DNA from: Oscillospiraceae bacterium
GTDB lineage: Bacteria > Bacillota > Clostridia > Oscillospirales > CAG-272
DNA length: 64,000 nt
NCBI GenBank assembly: GCA_015063305.1
Contig: SVUJ01000007.1
Span: 15,375-79,374 of the forward strand
Direction of reading: 5' to 3'
Within the stretch, counting starts at the first letter, position 1. Each line of letters opens with the position of its first letter. Below the pieces are notes generated by a model that was not told the DNA's origin, did not search any database, and was given only the letters and a program-made list of their open reading frames with translations. This document shows positions 18,853 through 27,270 of the stretch, one piece after another. Made by a program: the position numbers and the translations under genes.

Positions 18853-18982
18853 CCTCCCTCCGAGAGGGAGGGGGACCACGAAGTGGTGGAAGGAGCCTGC
18901 GTGATTTTGAACTTAGATCAACTTCATTGTCACGCACTCTCCCACAGTCGCCTACGGCGCCAGCTCCCTCCCGGAGGGAGCC
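18853..18982 (-). repeat. multi-hairpin REP-like element, copy A (inverted relative to the 40.8-41.05 kb copies)
   Basis: Terminal hairpins CCTCCCTC-CGAGA-GGGAGGG and CTCCCTCC-CG-GAGGGAG. The reverse complement aligns with 40777-40889 through TGGC.GCCG.AGGC..AC and CCACCACT.CGTGGT. Confidence 0.7.
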
Positions 18983-19010
18983 TTCCTTTTCCTTTCTTCT
19001 GCCTATAGAA

Positions 19011-19055
19011 TAAAGTTCCCACAAACCGTAAACTTTGGTCTGTGGGAACTTTTTG
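19011..19055 (-). terminator. terminator-like hairpin downstream of the 19110-19817 gene
   Basis: AGTTCCCACA...TGTGGGAACT stem with flanking T/A runs. Confidence 0.55.
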
Positions 19056-19109
19056 TTATTGAAATATCTTCGTTAAGGACATAAATGCTAAAACTTGCTG
19101 TTTTTTATA

Positions 19110-19817
19110 TCAAATAAAGAATAAGCTTCCAATATCGACGAGCGGCTCGTCGGATAGGGAAATCGTTATCTTCCCGTGCTTGGCGCAGAAATCAATTATT
19201 TTTTCTCCGTCGGGGTGGAGCAAAATATTTCCCGAGAAATAAACGCCGTCACCATTCTGACCCGAGCAACCGCCGATAAATCCCGTATCGTACCCCGAAA
19301 GGGTTATATTGCCCGAGGATATCAAAAGCACGTCAAGTCCCGATGCACTCATCGCGCGGAGAAGAGAAGGGTCGGACGTGATAGCCGCGCCCTCGCTGAC
19401 AACACACACCGAGCATTTTGAATATCCCTGCTTTACGTCACGCACGTTAAAATTTTTATAAGATGCAAAATCCTTTATAAAACGTGATATCGAATCCCGC
19501 TTACAGTATATCGTATCGGAAATGTGTAACGCGTTAAAAAGTATGTCGCTCGGATATTTGTTTGATATCTCCTCGTCGGTGGGGATTATATCGTACCCCT
19601 CGGCGCTTATCTTCTCAAAAATATCGGAGTTTGCTTCAAGATAATCCTTGTGGCAAATGATATCTCTGTCCGCAACAAAAAGAAGCATATCGGGATGCGC
19701 TGATACAGGGATGGACAGAGCGGAGAATGGTGGTAGCAATATAAGCTCAAAGCCCATTTCGCGCAGGGTCTCCGCGCATTTTTGGGGTATTCGTGAGTCA
19801 ACTATAACTTTTTTCAT
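19110..19817 (-). CDS. conserved clostridial protein, probably the DUF6873 / guanidino-modifying-enzyme-fold family
   Basis: MKKVIVDSRIP...LLPPFSALSIPVSAHPDMLLF pattern recalled from that family. Start at 19817 chosen on RBS spacing. Confidence 0.5.
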   Translation of the reverse strand: MKKVIVDSRIPQKCAETLREMGFELILLPPFSALSIPVSAHPDMLLFVADRDIICHKDYLEANSDIFEKISAEGYDIIPTDEEISNKYPSDILFNALHISDTIYCKRDSISRFIKDFASYKNFNVRDVKQGYSKCSVCVVSEGAAITSDPSLLRAMSASGLDVLLISSGNITLSGYDTGFIGGCSGQNGDGVYFSGNILLHPDGEKIIDFCAKHGKITISLSDEPLVDIGSLFFI

Positions 19818-19830
19818 CATATACCTCTGG

Positions 19831-19866
19831 AAAAGCCGAAAGCGGACGATTAACCGTCCGCTTTCG
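19831..19866 (-). terminator. rho-independent terminator after rpmB
   Basis: CGAAAGCGGACG-loop-CGTCCGCTTTCG followed by TTTT on the minus strand. Confidence 0.8.
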
Positions 19867-19906
19867 CTCTTATGCTTTAAAAGCAATATAAAATTGTGCG
19901 CGATAA

Positions 19907-20092
19907 TTAAGCGCGGGTTATCTTGCCGGAACGAAGGCAACGAGAACATACAGCAACGGTCTTAGGAGTACCGTTAACGATAGCTCTTACCTTACGGATA
20001 TTAGGCTTCCAACTTCTGTTTGTTTTACGGTGCGAGTGTGAAACGGCCTGACCGAACACAACACCCTTTCCGCATATACTGCACTTTGCCAT
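19907..20092 (-). CDS. rpmB: 50S ribosomal protein L28
   Basis: MAKCSICGKG...SHSHRKTNRSWKPN, 61 aa, GAGGAGG RBS. Confidence 0.95.
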   Translation of the reverse strand: MAKCSICGKGVVFGQAVSHSHRKTNRSWKPNIRKVRAIVNGTPKTVAVCSRCLRSGKITRA

Positions 20093-20256
20093 ATTGACAC
20101 CTCCTCAATGCACAGCTGCACATTTATCTAAATTTATTATAAGACCATAGAACATTTCACATTATAACACAAACTTTTTAAAAATGCAAGAGATTTTTTG
20201 CAGATTTTTAAAAAATATTATCAAGTTTCAAAAATAAAGGTTTTTTGAAGGCTGAA

Positions 20257-21768
20257 TTAGTATATAGAGCCCAATAAAATCCCCATTTTCAGCGGAATAG
20301 AGGACTCAACTATGATGCCTCGTGTGCTTGACGAAAGTGTGTCATAGGCAGATTTTTCAAGGATAATTCGGTGTGCGGTCTGCATAGCGTCAAGAGCTTC
20401 GGACACAGAGCCGTTCACCGCCTTTGCCGATATTATAGCCCCCGAAGCGCAAAGCTCTTTGATAAACGAGCACATTCCGCGCAAGCTCTCAAAATCGGGT
20501 AAGGTGTTTTCGGTATGGTCAAACGAGAGCAGATAGACACCGCTAAATGAGCGCGAGAAGCAAGAGGGGAGCTTGGGCAGACCGTCCTTTTGTTCGGATG
20601 TCACCCCCAGAGATAACTCGTCCTTATGCGAATATCTTACTCTGTAGGAGTTGGGTATGCACAGCTCGCATATCACTCGATACACACCAAGTATTGATGC
20701 CAGAGAAGCGCCCAAAGGTGCTTTATCCGCGTCTGCCGAAAAGGTGTAGTCGGTATGCAAAATAATATCCTGTAGATCAGCGCTCTCTGCCAAGGCGGGG
20801 AGTAGGCTATCTATGGTTGAATTTACAGCATCAATAAAGCTTTGTCTATGATCCGCGCCGAGCTCAAAGCTTTGCGGGACGGTAGAGCCGCCCAATTCGC
20901 GCAACAGAGCCATATCCGCAGAAAACGAGATGTGTTCTCGCTGTAACAGAGAGAATACAGGAGTTGAGATAGCCTTTGCAAAGTATGAAACTATCAATCC
21001 AAGCTCCTCTGCAAGCTCTGCTATTTGAGGAATATCCTCTTTATCTGTTGCGATGATATATCTTGAATGACATTCGGTGGCAAGGTGGGAAAGCTCGGGA
21101 TGCTCGGGCATACAGGGGATAGAATATATATCGGCATATATGCCAACTGCCATATCCGAAAGAGCGACGGCAATACCGCGGCTGTCTATCGACTTGAGTC
21201 GCAATATCTTCTCCGATATATCCTGCTTAAAAATAAGCTTTTTTACGAGAGCCTCATATTCCTCAAAGGAGATATCATCGGTGGGAAGTATTATAGAAAA
21301 TGCTGTGTTTTCCTCAAGAAAAGATGCTTCTGTGTTTCCAAGCCGAGAGCGAAGTCCTATCATAGACATATATTTTGAGGCAACCGAAGCCGCCGATGTG
21401 AGCGACAAAGGGGATATATCCTCGCCGCAAAGCAGACAGTGCTTTTCAAACAGGTCGTTATATGTGTCGAGCATATCCTTATCGCCGAAAAACACATCGG
21501 TTATAGTTTGATTTTGTGAGAGCTGCTTCGCCCCCTTTACTATCTCGTCAAACAGATAAAGCGCACTAAGGCTTATATCGTTTCGCATTGACTTTAAATA
21601 GCTGCTTCTGCAAAGCTTAAGCTCCGATATGTCCATGCCTAAGCCTAACGAAGACTTTATATCTAAAAGAAATTTATCCGAGCATCGAGAAAAATTTCTA
21701 AATAGTCCCACGTATCTTCCCAGGGAATCGGTAGGAACAGAGTAGGTCATGTTAGAAAGGTCTTCCAT
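20257..21768 (-). CDS. hypothetical protein with PurM/PurL (AIR-synthase-related)-like features
   Basis: 503 aa. SRGIAVALSDMAVG and NGSVSEALDAM resemble the GGLavaLaEMa signature, and the N-terminus resembles the FGAM-synthase linker. No clear ATP-binding or catalytic motifs seen. Confidence 0.35.
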   Translation of the reverse strand: MEDLSNMTYSVPTDSLGRYVGLFRNFSRCSDKFLLDIKSSLGLGMDISELKLCRSSYLKSMRNDISLSALYLFDEIVKGAKQLSQNQTITDVFFGDKDMLDTYNDLFEKHCLLCGEDISPLSLTSAASVASKYMSMIGLRSRLGNTEASFLEENTAFSIILPTDDISFEEYEALVKKLIFKQDISEKILRLKSIDSRGIAVALSDMAVGIYADIYSIPCMPEHPELSHLATECHSRYIIATDKEDIPQIAELAEELGLIVSYFAKAISTPVFSLLQREHISFSADMALLRELGGSTVPQSFELGADHRQSFIDAVNSTIDSLLPALAESADLQDIILHTDYTFSADADKAPLGASLASILGVYRVICELCIPNSYRVRYSHKDELSLGVTSEQKDGLPKLPSCFSRSFSGVYLLSFDHTENTLPDFESLRGMCSFIKELCASGAIISAKAVNGSVSEALDAMQTAHRIILEKSAYDTLSSSTRGIIVESSIPLKMGILLGSIY

Positions 21769-21799
21769 CTTTGTAGTACCTCCAAATAGGTAATTGAGT

Positions 21800-23122
21800 C
21801 TATTGATTCAAAAGCTCACCAAAGCAGAGCTCACCGTTCGTGCTTTTAAGCGACACGTTGTAGATTTCCGAGTGTATCGGCATATCACAGGGTACTGCCA
21901 CCTCAATAAATTCCTCGGTGTGGCCAAACGCCATGCCCTTAGAATAGGTTTCAAAAAGCACACGGCATACAGGCTTCGCCGCGATATAATCTTCAAGCAC
22001 CGAGCAACGTATCTCCTTTGCCACACAGGAAAGCAGGGAGGCGCGGCGGCGCTTGATGTCACCTGCAACTTGTCCCGGCATCTGCGCCGCGGGAGTGCCG
22101 CTTCTCTTGGAGTACGGGAATATGTGCATCATCAAAAATTTTGCCTTTTTTGCAAATTCCACAGTCTCGGTGAAATCCTCTTCGCTCTCGCCCGGGAAAC
22201 CGACGATAACATCGGTAGTAAACTGCACGTTTGGTATCTTCTCCCGCAAAAGCTCGATGCCGCGCATTGCCATATCGGCATTGTATTTTCTCTTCATCAA
22301 TGCAAGTACACGGCTGCTTCCGCTTTGAAGCGAGAGGTGAAAGTGGGGCGCGAGAGAGCGAAGAGTTGATATTCTGTCAACGAACGAGGGGGTTATGAGA
22401 GAGGGGTCAAGAGAGCCAAGGCGAACACGCCCGATGCCATCTATCTTATCCACCCGTGCAAGTAATTCTGCGAGGTCTATATCCTTGAGGTCTTTGCCAT
22501 AGGACGCCGTTTCAATACCCGTCAGCACGACCTCGCGGCAGCCGCCCGCGATAAGCGTTTTCACCTCGGATATCACGTCCTCGGGAGCTTTTGAGCGTAT
22601 TTTTCCTCTTGCCGAGGGGATTATGCAGTAAGTACACCTGCTCTCACAGCCGTCCTCTATCTTCACGTAAGCCCTTGTGCGCTCAAATTCGGTAATAGAC
22701 ATAGCCTCAAAGCCGTAGGAATCTATATCGTCTATGTAAATTTCGGGTTCTTTATTCTTTTCTCCCTGAGCTATAAGCTTCATCGCCGCACGCGCGACAG
22801 AGAGCTTATCGGTGTTTCCGCAAATATAGTCCACACCGCTTATGGCGCTTATTCTCTCGGGGCACACCTGAGCGAGACAGCCGCAGACGAGAATGTAAGC
22901 CGAGGGATTTTTCTGTATCGCGCGGCGAATGAACTGACAAGCCTTTCTGTCCGACTCCGCCGTTACGGTACAGGTGTTTATAACGTATACGTCGCATATA
23001 TCTGTAGGCGGCAATATAGAAAATCCCCCTCTGCGAAGCTCCTCGGCTATCGCTTGGGACTCGTACTGATTTACCTTACAGCCGAGCGTATATATTCCCG
23101 CGGTAAAAATTTTATCAAGCAT
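21800..23122 (-). CDS. mtaB: tRNA (t6A37) methylthiotransferase MtaB (MiaB-like radical SAM)
   Basis: LGCKVNQYESQ (UPF0004 domain), radical-SAM CESRCTYCIIP, C-terminal TRAM-like region. ATG 23122 follows GGAGG. Confidence 0.88.
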   Translation of the reverse strand: MLDKIFTAGIYTLGCKVNQYESQAIAEELRRGGFSILPPTDICDVYVINTCTVTAESDRKACQFIRRAIQKNPSAYILVCGCLAQVCPERISAISGVDYICGNTDKLSVARAAMKLIAQGEKNKEPEIYIDDIDSYGFEAMSITEFERTRAYVKIEDGCESRCTYCIIPSARGKIRSKAPEDVISEVKTLIAGGCREVVLTGIETASYGKDLKDIDLAELLARVDKIDGIGRVRLGSLDPSLITPSFVDRISTLRSLAPHFHLSLQSGSSRVLALMKRKYNADMAMRGIELLREKIPNVQFTTDVIVGFPGESEEDFTETVEFAKKAKFLMMHIFPYSKRSGTPAAQMPGQVAGDIKRRRASLLSCVAKEIRCSVLEDYIAAKPVCRVLFETYSKGMAFGHTEEFIEVAVPCDMPIHSEIYNVSLKSTNGELCFGELLNQ

Positions 23123-23240
23123 TGCAAATGACCTCCAATACACTAAAAATATGATAGCATATTTGATCGATTTTGTAAATAGCAATTAAGACAAAGAATT
23201 CTAAAAAGAGCCTATTTTGACTTTAATGAGCATCGTCGGA

Positions 23241-23269
23241 TTGACATAAAGTATAAAATGTAGTACAAT
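23241..23269 (+). promoter_or_regulatory. promoter candidate TTGACA-17-TACAAT
   Basis: Positions 23241-23246 and 23264-23269, upstream of the Mrr-like gene. Confidence 0.55.
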
Positions 23270-23335
23270 AATCTTGCAAGAGAGATTAAGTTTAATACGA
23301 TTGCTGTAAAAATAACACTGGTATAGAGGTTTGCA

Positions 23336-24316
23336 ATGGAAGAGAAAAGAGTTTGGGGGATACACGCTACAGACGGGCGTATGTTCTTGGATAAAAATAT
23401 GATTGCTATAGGCTGGGGGGAGATGGGAGATCTCTCTTTGATAGAGGCGTCAAGGGAAGCATTTAAAGAAAAATATCAAAAAACCTATCCCGACGGCAGA
23501 GTTCAGGGCATACCTACAACAGCAGGTATGCTTTACCGCTTTATACACGAAATGAGGGTGGGGGACTACGTTATCTTTCCTTCAAAATTCAACCGAGAGA
23601 TAAACATAGGTATAATTGAGGGAGAGTATATCTATTTGGAAGAGGAAAATCCCCCTATACATACAAGAAAGGTTAAGTGGCTCAAGCATCTGCCGAGGAC
23701 TGCCTTTTCTCAAGGAGCGCTTTATGAGGCGGGAACGGCACTGACCTTGTTTTCGGTAAAGAATTATGCAGACGAATATCTGTCGGCATTATCTCAAAAG
23801 GGTAAAAAGATAGAAATAGCATCTGATGACGAAGATGCTGTTGCAAAAAATGCCGAGGATATACTTGACAATACCACCGACTTTATTTTAAAGGAGCTCA
23901 GCAAAAATCTCAAGGGGTATGCACTTGAGGAATTCGTGGCGGATCTGCTTCGAGCTATGGGATACCGAACCATACTTTCTCCGCACGGCGGAGATAGCGG
24001 TATAGACATAACGGCGTATAAGGACGAGCTTCCGCCAAGGATCCTTGTGCAGGTAAAGAGCGGTGACGGAGATATCAGCGAGTCTACCATACAGTCGCTT
24101 AAGGGAGCTATGCGAGAGGGAGATTACGGGCTTTTTATCACGCTTTCGGATTATACGAAAAACGCAAGAAGGTATCTTGATAATACGCCTATCATCAGGG
24201 GTATCAACGGCACGGACCTTGTAGAGCTTATTTTGAAATATTATGATGAGCTTAGCAAAGCATATCAAAGGATAATACCGCTCAGAAAGGTATATATTCC
24301 TATTGTTGCACTTTAA
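23336..24316 (+). CDS. Mrr-type (type IV-like) restriction endonuclease with a PUA/EVE-like N-terminal domain
   Basis: C-terminal Mrr_cat pattern LEEFVADLLRAMGY...GGDSGIDITAY...ILVQVKSG. N-terminal VWGIHA...IAIGW...MRVGDYVIFPS is a beta-barrel reader-like pattern. Confidence 0.75.
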   Translation: MEEKRVWGIHATDGRMFLDKNMIAIGWGEMGDLSLIEASREAFKEKYQKTYPDGRVQGIPTTAGMLYRFIHEMRVGDYVIFPSKFNREINIGIIEGEYIYLEEENPPIHTRKVKWLKHLPRTAFSQGALYEAGTALTLFSVKNYADEYLSALSQKGKKIEIASDDEDAVAKNAEDILDNTTDFILKELSKNLKGYALEEFVADLLRAMGYRTILSPHGGDSGIDITAYKDELPPRILVQVKSGDGDISESTIQSLKGAMREGDYGLFITLSDYTKNARRYLDNTPIIRGINGTDLVELILKYYDELSKAYQRIIPLRKVYIPIVAL

Positions 24317-24324
24317 ATTAATAG

Positions 24325-24363
24325 AACAAGGAGATACGTTCGGAACGTATCTCCTTGTTTTTT
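24325..24363. terminator. bidirectional terminator
   Basis: AACAAGGAGATACGTT-CGG-AACGTATCTCCTTGTT followed by TTTTT. Confidence 0.85.
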
Positions 24364-25237
24364 ATACATTAAGAACTTTTGCGGGAACGGCAGAATATGC
24401 CTTGTATTCTGTTACGCCGAGAATAGTCTCTCCGTCTATCTGGAGTGCTGTGGGACGGTCAAATTTTACGCTGATATCCTTTCCCTTATGTATAGCTACC
24501 ATCTTGTCCTGCTTTATGTGCTCTCCCTTGAATATTGAGGGGAAAACCATAAGGGTTTTCAGTCTTCCTTTTCCGTAGAACACCATAACAGAAAGCTCGC
24601 CTGTGGGATCTTTTCTGTCCTGATCCGGGGTTGGCATCATACCGCCGCCGTAGAAGCGACCCTTCATCGTGGGGGCGATCCATACCTTTTTGTATTTATA
24701 TTCTGTGCCGTCAACCGTTATAGTGGCGTTTGTAGGCTTATAGTGGAAGAGCAGCCCCTTTATAGCGATAGATGTGTAGTTTACGGGCTTTGAAGAGCCT
24801 TCCTTCTGCTTGTCACCCACCTCGCAGCAATATCCGTCTATACCAAAGCCCACGTTGTTCAAAAATCTGTAGGTCTTGCCCCTGACCTCAACACGTGGCA
24901 GATCCTTGATATATTCTTTAACAGAGAAGGGGGCGCTGTTGGGATCCTTCTCAAGGTCGCGCAGAAAATCGTTTCCGCTTCCGAGGGCGTGGTAAAGGAG
25001 ATCGCATTTTATATCTATACCCTCGGTGTCGTTGATAAAGCGGTTCAGCGTACCGTCGCCGCCGCAGATTATAACGCTGTCATCCTCGCCTAAGGGGGCG
25101 AAAAATTCCGCGTAATCCTTTATTTGTGTGATATCCTGATATGTAAGGGAGTGTTCGTAAAATGCAGATAAAACCTTGGGATCATTGTCTTTTTTGCCCC
25201 AGCCGGCAAAAGGGTTATAAAGAACATAGTGGCTCAC
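24362..25237 (-). CDS. diacylglycerol/lipid kinase family protein (YegS/DagK-like)
   Basis: ICGGDGTLNRF motif. Length is 291 aa. Confidence 0.85.
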   Translation of the reverse strand: MSHYVLYNPFAGWGKKDNDPKVLSAFYEHSLTYQDITQIKDYAEFFAPLGEDDSVIICGGDGTLNRFINDTEGIDIKCDLLYHALGSGNDFLRDLEKDPNSAPFSVKEYIKDLPRVEVRGKTYRFLNNVGFGIDGYCCEVGDKQKEGSSKPVNYTSIAIKGLLFHYKPTNATITVDGTEYKYKKVWIAPTMKGRFYGGGMMPTPDQDRKDPTGELSVMVFYGKGRLKTLMVFPSIFKGEHIKQDKMVAIHKGKDISVKFDRPTALQIDGETILGVTEYKAYSAVPAKVLNV

Positions 25238-25338
25238 GATATAACATCTCCTTTATAATTAAAATGTAATCCATATCATTTTAAAAGACTTTTATAAACT
25301 GAAAATAAACTCTGATAAAGTCGAATAAATTAAAAGCT

Positions 25339-25367
25339 TTGACACGGATATTTTTGTGTGTTATAAT
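25339..25367 (+). promoter_or_regulatory. consensus promoter TTGACA-17-TATAAT
   Basis: Positions 25339-25344 and 25362-25367, upstream of the response regulator gene. Confidence 0.6.
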
Positions 25368-25401
25368 ATCATCAACGATAGAAAAGCAAAGGAGATAATC
25401 A

Positions 25402-26076
25402 ATGTTTCATATTCTCGTTGCAGATGACGATAAGAATACAAGATTATATTTTAAGGCGCTCCTTAACAGAGAGGGTTACACCGTGACTACCGCAAACGAC
25501 GGGGAAGAAGCGTTGCGGGTGATGGATAGGGAGCACATAGACCTTATAGTGCTTGACGTTATGATGCCCAATATGGACGGCTATGAATTTACAAAGACGC
25601 TTCGCGAAACCAATAATAATCTTCCGATACTTATGGTGTCGGCAAAACAGCTTGCGGTAGATAAAAGAAAGGGATTTTCGGTAGGTACGGACGATTATAT
25701 AACCAAGCCTATCGACGATGAGGAGATGCTCCTTCGTATTAAGGCGCTGCTGAGAAGAGCAAAGATAGCGAATGAGCGAAAAATAGAGATGGGCTCTGTT
25801 GTGATAGATTACGACTCTATGACTGTGAGGCGAGGAGATGAGGTGCAGGAGCTGCCCCAAAAAGAATTTCTCTTGCTTTACAAGCTCCTTTCCTATCCCT
25901 CAAAGATATTTACCCGCATACAGCTTATGGACGAGATATGGGGAAGTGAAAGCGAAACGGGCTGGGAGACGGTGACAGTGCATATCGGAAGACTGAGAAA
26001 GAGATTTGAGGGCTGGAATGAGTTTGAGATAGTATCTGTCAGAGGACTTGGATATAAGGCGGTCAGGAAGATATGA
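25402..26076 (+). CDS. OmpR-family response regulator
   Basis: Receiver domain (DLIVLDVMMPNMDGYEF) plus a winged-helix domain (VHIGRLRKR...RGLGYK). Confidence 0.93.
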   Translation: MFHILVADDDKNTRLYFKALLNREGYTVTTANDGEEALRVMDREHIDLIVLDVMMPNMDGYEFTKTLRETNNNLPILMVSAKQLAVDKRKGFSVGTDDYITKPIDDEEMLLRIKALLRRAKIANERKIEMGSVVIDYDSMTVRRGDEVQELPQKEFLLLYKLLSYPSKIFTRIQLMDEIWGSESETGWETVTVHIGRLRKRFEGWNEFEIVSVRGLGYKAVRKI

Positions 26077-27173
26077 AAAGTAAGAACACTCAAAGAAAGC
26101 ATCGGCACATCTTAAGACAGCGCGGCTCACGTATGTCACTTACGCTTGTTTTGGCGGCATTCGTTTTCGTTATCCTGTTGGCGGCGATAGGACTTACCAG
26201 CCTTGGTCTTTGGATACTCGCCAGAACGGGAGTTATGGTTGACGTGGACGGACAGATGGAATTGGGGTCTGTAATACTCTTTATGTCGCTTGTGAGTATC
26301 GTGATAGGCGGTGTAATAGCATTTTTCAGTAGTAGACTCCCGCTAAAGCCAATAAATGCGCTTATAAACCAGATGAACCGCTTGGCATCGGGAGATTTCA
26401 AGGCAAGGTTGCGCTTTGGCGCTACCTTGTCCTCACACCCCGCGTTTAAGGAGATATCCACAAGTTTCAATACCATGGCGGAGGAGCTTGAAAATACCGA
26501 AATGCTCCGAAGCGATTTTATCAACAACTTTTCGCACGAGTTCAAAACGCCGATAGTTTCTATAACGGGATTTGCTAAGCTGCTCTCAAAGGGAGATATT
26601 AGCGAGGAAGAGAAGAGTATATATCTCAAAGCTATAGAGGAAGAGTCGGCACGGTTGTCAACTATGGCTACCAACGTACTGAAGCTGACCAAGATCGAAA
26701 ATCAAACTATCCTCAGCGACCTCTCGCGCTTTAACCTCTCGGAGCAGATACGCTCGGCGGTGTTGCTGTTAGAGGCAAAATGGAGCGACAAGAGTATAGA
26801 TCTTGATCTTGAGCTTGAGGAATTTGAGATAGAGGCAAACGAGGAGCTGATTAAAGAGGTCTGGATAAATCTTATAGACAACGCCATAAAATTCGCCCCC
26901 TCGTTCGGCACGGTCAGCATTGATATAATCAATCTTGAAGAAAAACTCTGTGTCAAGATAGGAAACACGGGAAGCGTGATACCCGAAGAAGAGCAGAAAA
27001 AGATTTTCAGAAAATTCTATCAATCCGACAGATCACACTCCACGCAGGGAAACGGAATAGGACTTGCGATAGTCAATAAAATAGTGGAGCTTCACAGGGG
27101 AGATATATCGGTAAACAGCGATAAAGATGCTACGGTATTTACGGTAATATTGCCAAAGAAACAATCAAATTGA
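26073..27173 (+). CDS. sensor histidine kinase (2 TM, HAMP, HisKA, HATPase)
   Basis: H-box FSHEFKTPI, N-box INLIDNAIKF, G2 GNGIGLAIV. Confidence 0.92.
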   Translation: MKSKNTQRKHRHILRQRGSRMSLTLVLAAFVFVILLAAIGLTSLGLWILARTGVMVDVDGQMELGSVILFMSLVSIVIGGVIAFFSSRLPLKPINALINQMNRLASGDFKARLRFGATLSSHPAFKEISTSFNTMAEELENTEMLRSDFINNFSHEFKTPIVSITGFAKLLSKGDISEEEKSIYLKAIEEESARLSTMATNVLKLTKIENQTILSDLSRFNLSEQIRSAVLLLEAKWSDKSIDLDLELEEFEIEANEELIKEVWINLIDNAIKFAPSFGTVSIDIINLEEKLCVKIGNTGSVIPEEEQKKIFRKFYQSDRSHSTQGNGIGLAIVNKIVELHRGDISVNSDKDATVFTVILPKKQSN

Positions 27174-27176
27174 TGA

Positions 27177-27210
27177 CCACGCACTTGTTGACAAGTCAAC
27201 AAGTGCGTGG
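27177..27210. promoter_or_regulatory. perfect 34-bp palindrome containing the -35 and spacer of a TTGACA-17-TATAAT promoter; the core resembles a Rex box
   Basis: CCACGCACTTGTTGAC AA GTCAACAAGTGCGTGG. TTGACA 27188-27193, TATAAT 27211-27216. Core is TTGTTGA-CAAG-TCAACAA (27185-27202). Confidence 0.6.
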
Positions 27211-27270
27211 TATAATGTTATTGTAGGTCAAAAAATTTAATTAAAAATACTTAAGAAAGGAATTAGCGTA

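Noticed and set aside
18821-19024. Short ORFs through the repeats (18821-19024, 29220-29438, 29303-29629, 40445-40672, 40591-40857, 62953-63213)
   Set aside because: Their peptides (GSLREGAGAVGD..., FHSPKANFTAAKPQFH..., CRGRRPRRP..., PSPTGEGF...) are direct translations of palindromic repeat units. They have no RBS, and the frames are not conserved between copies.
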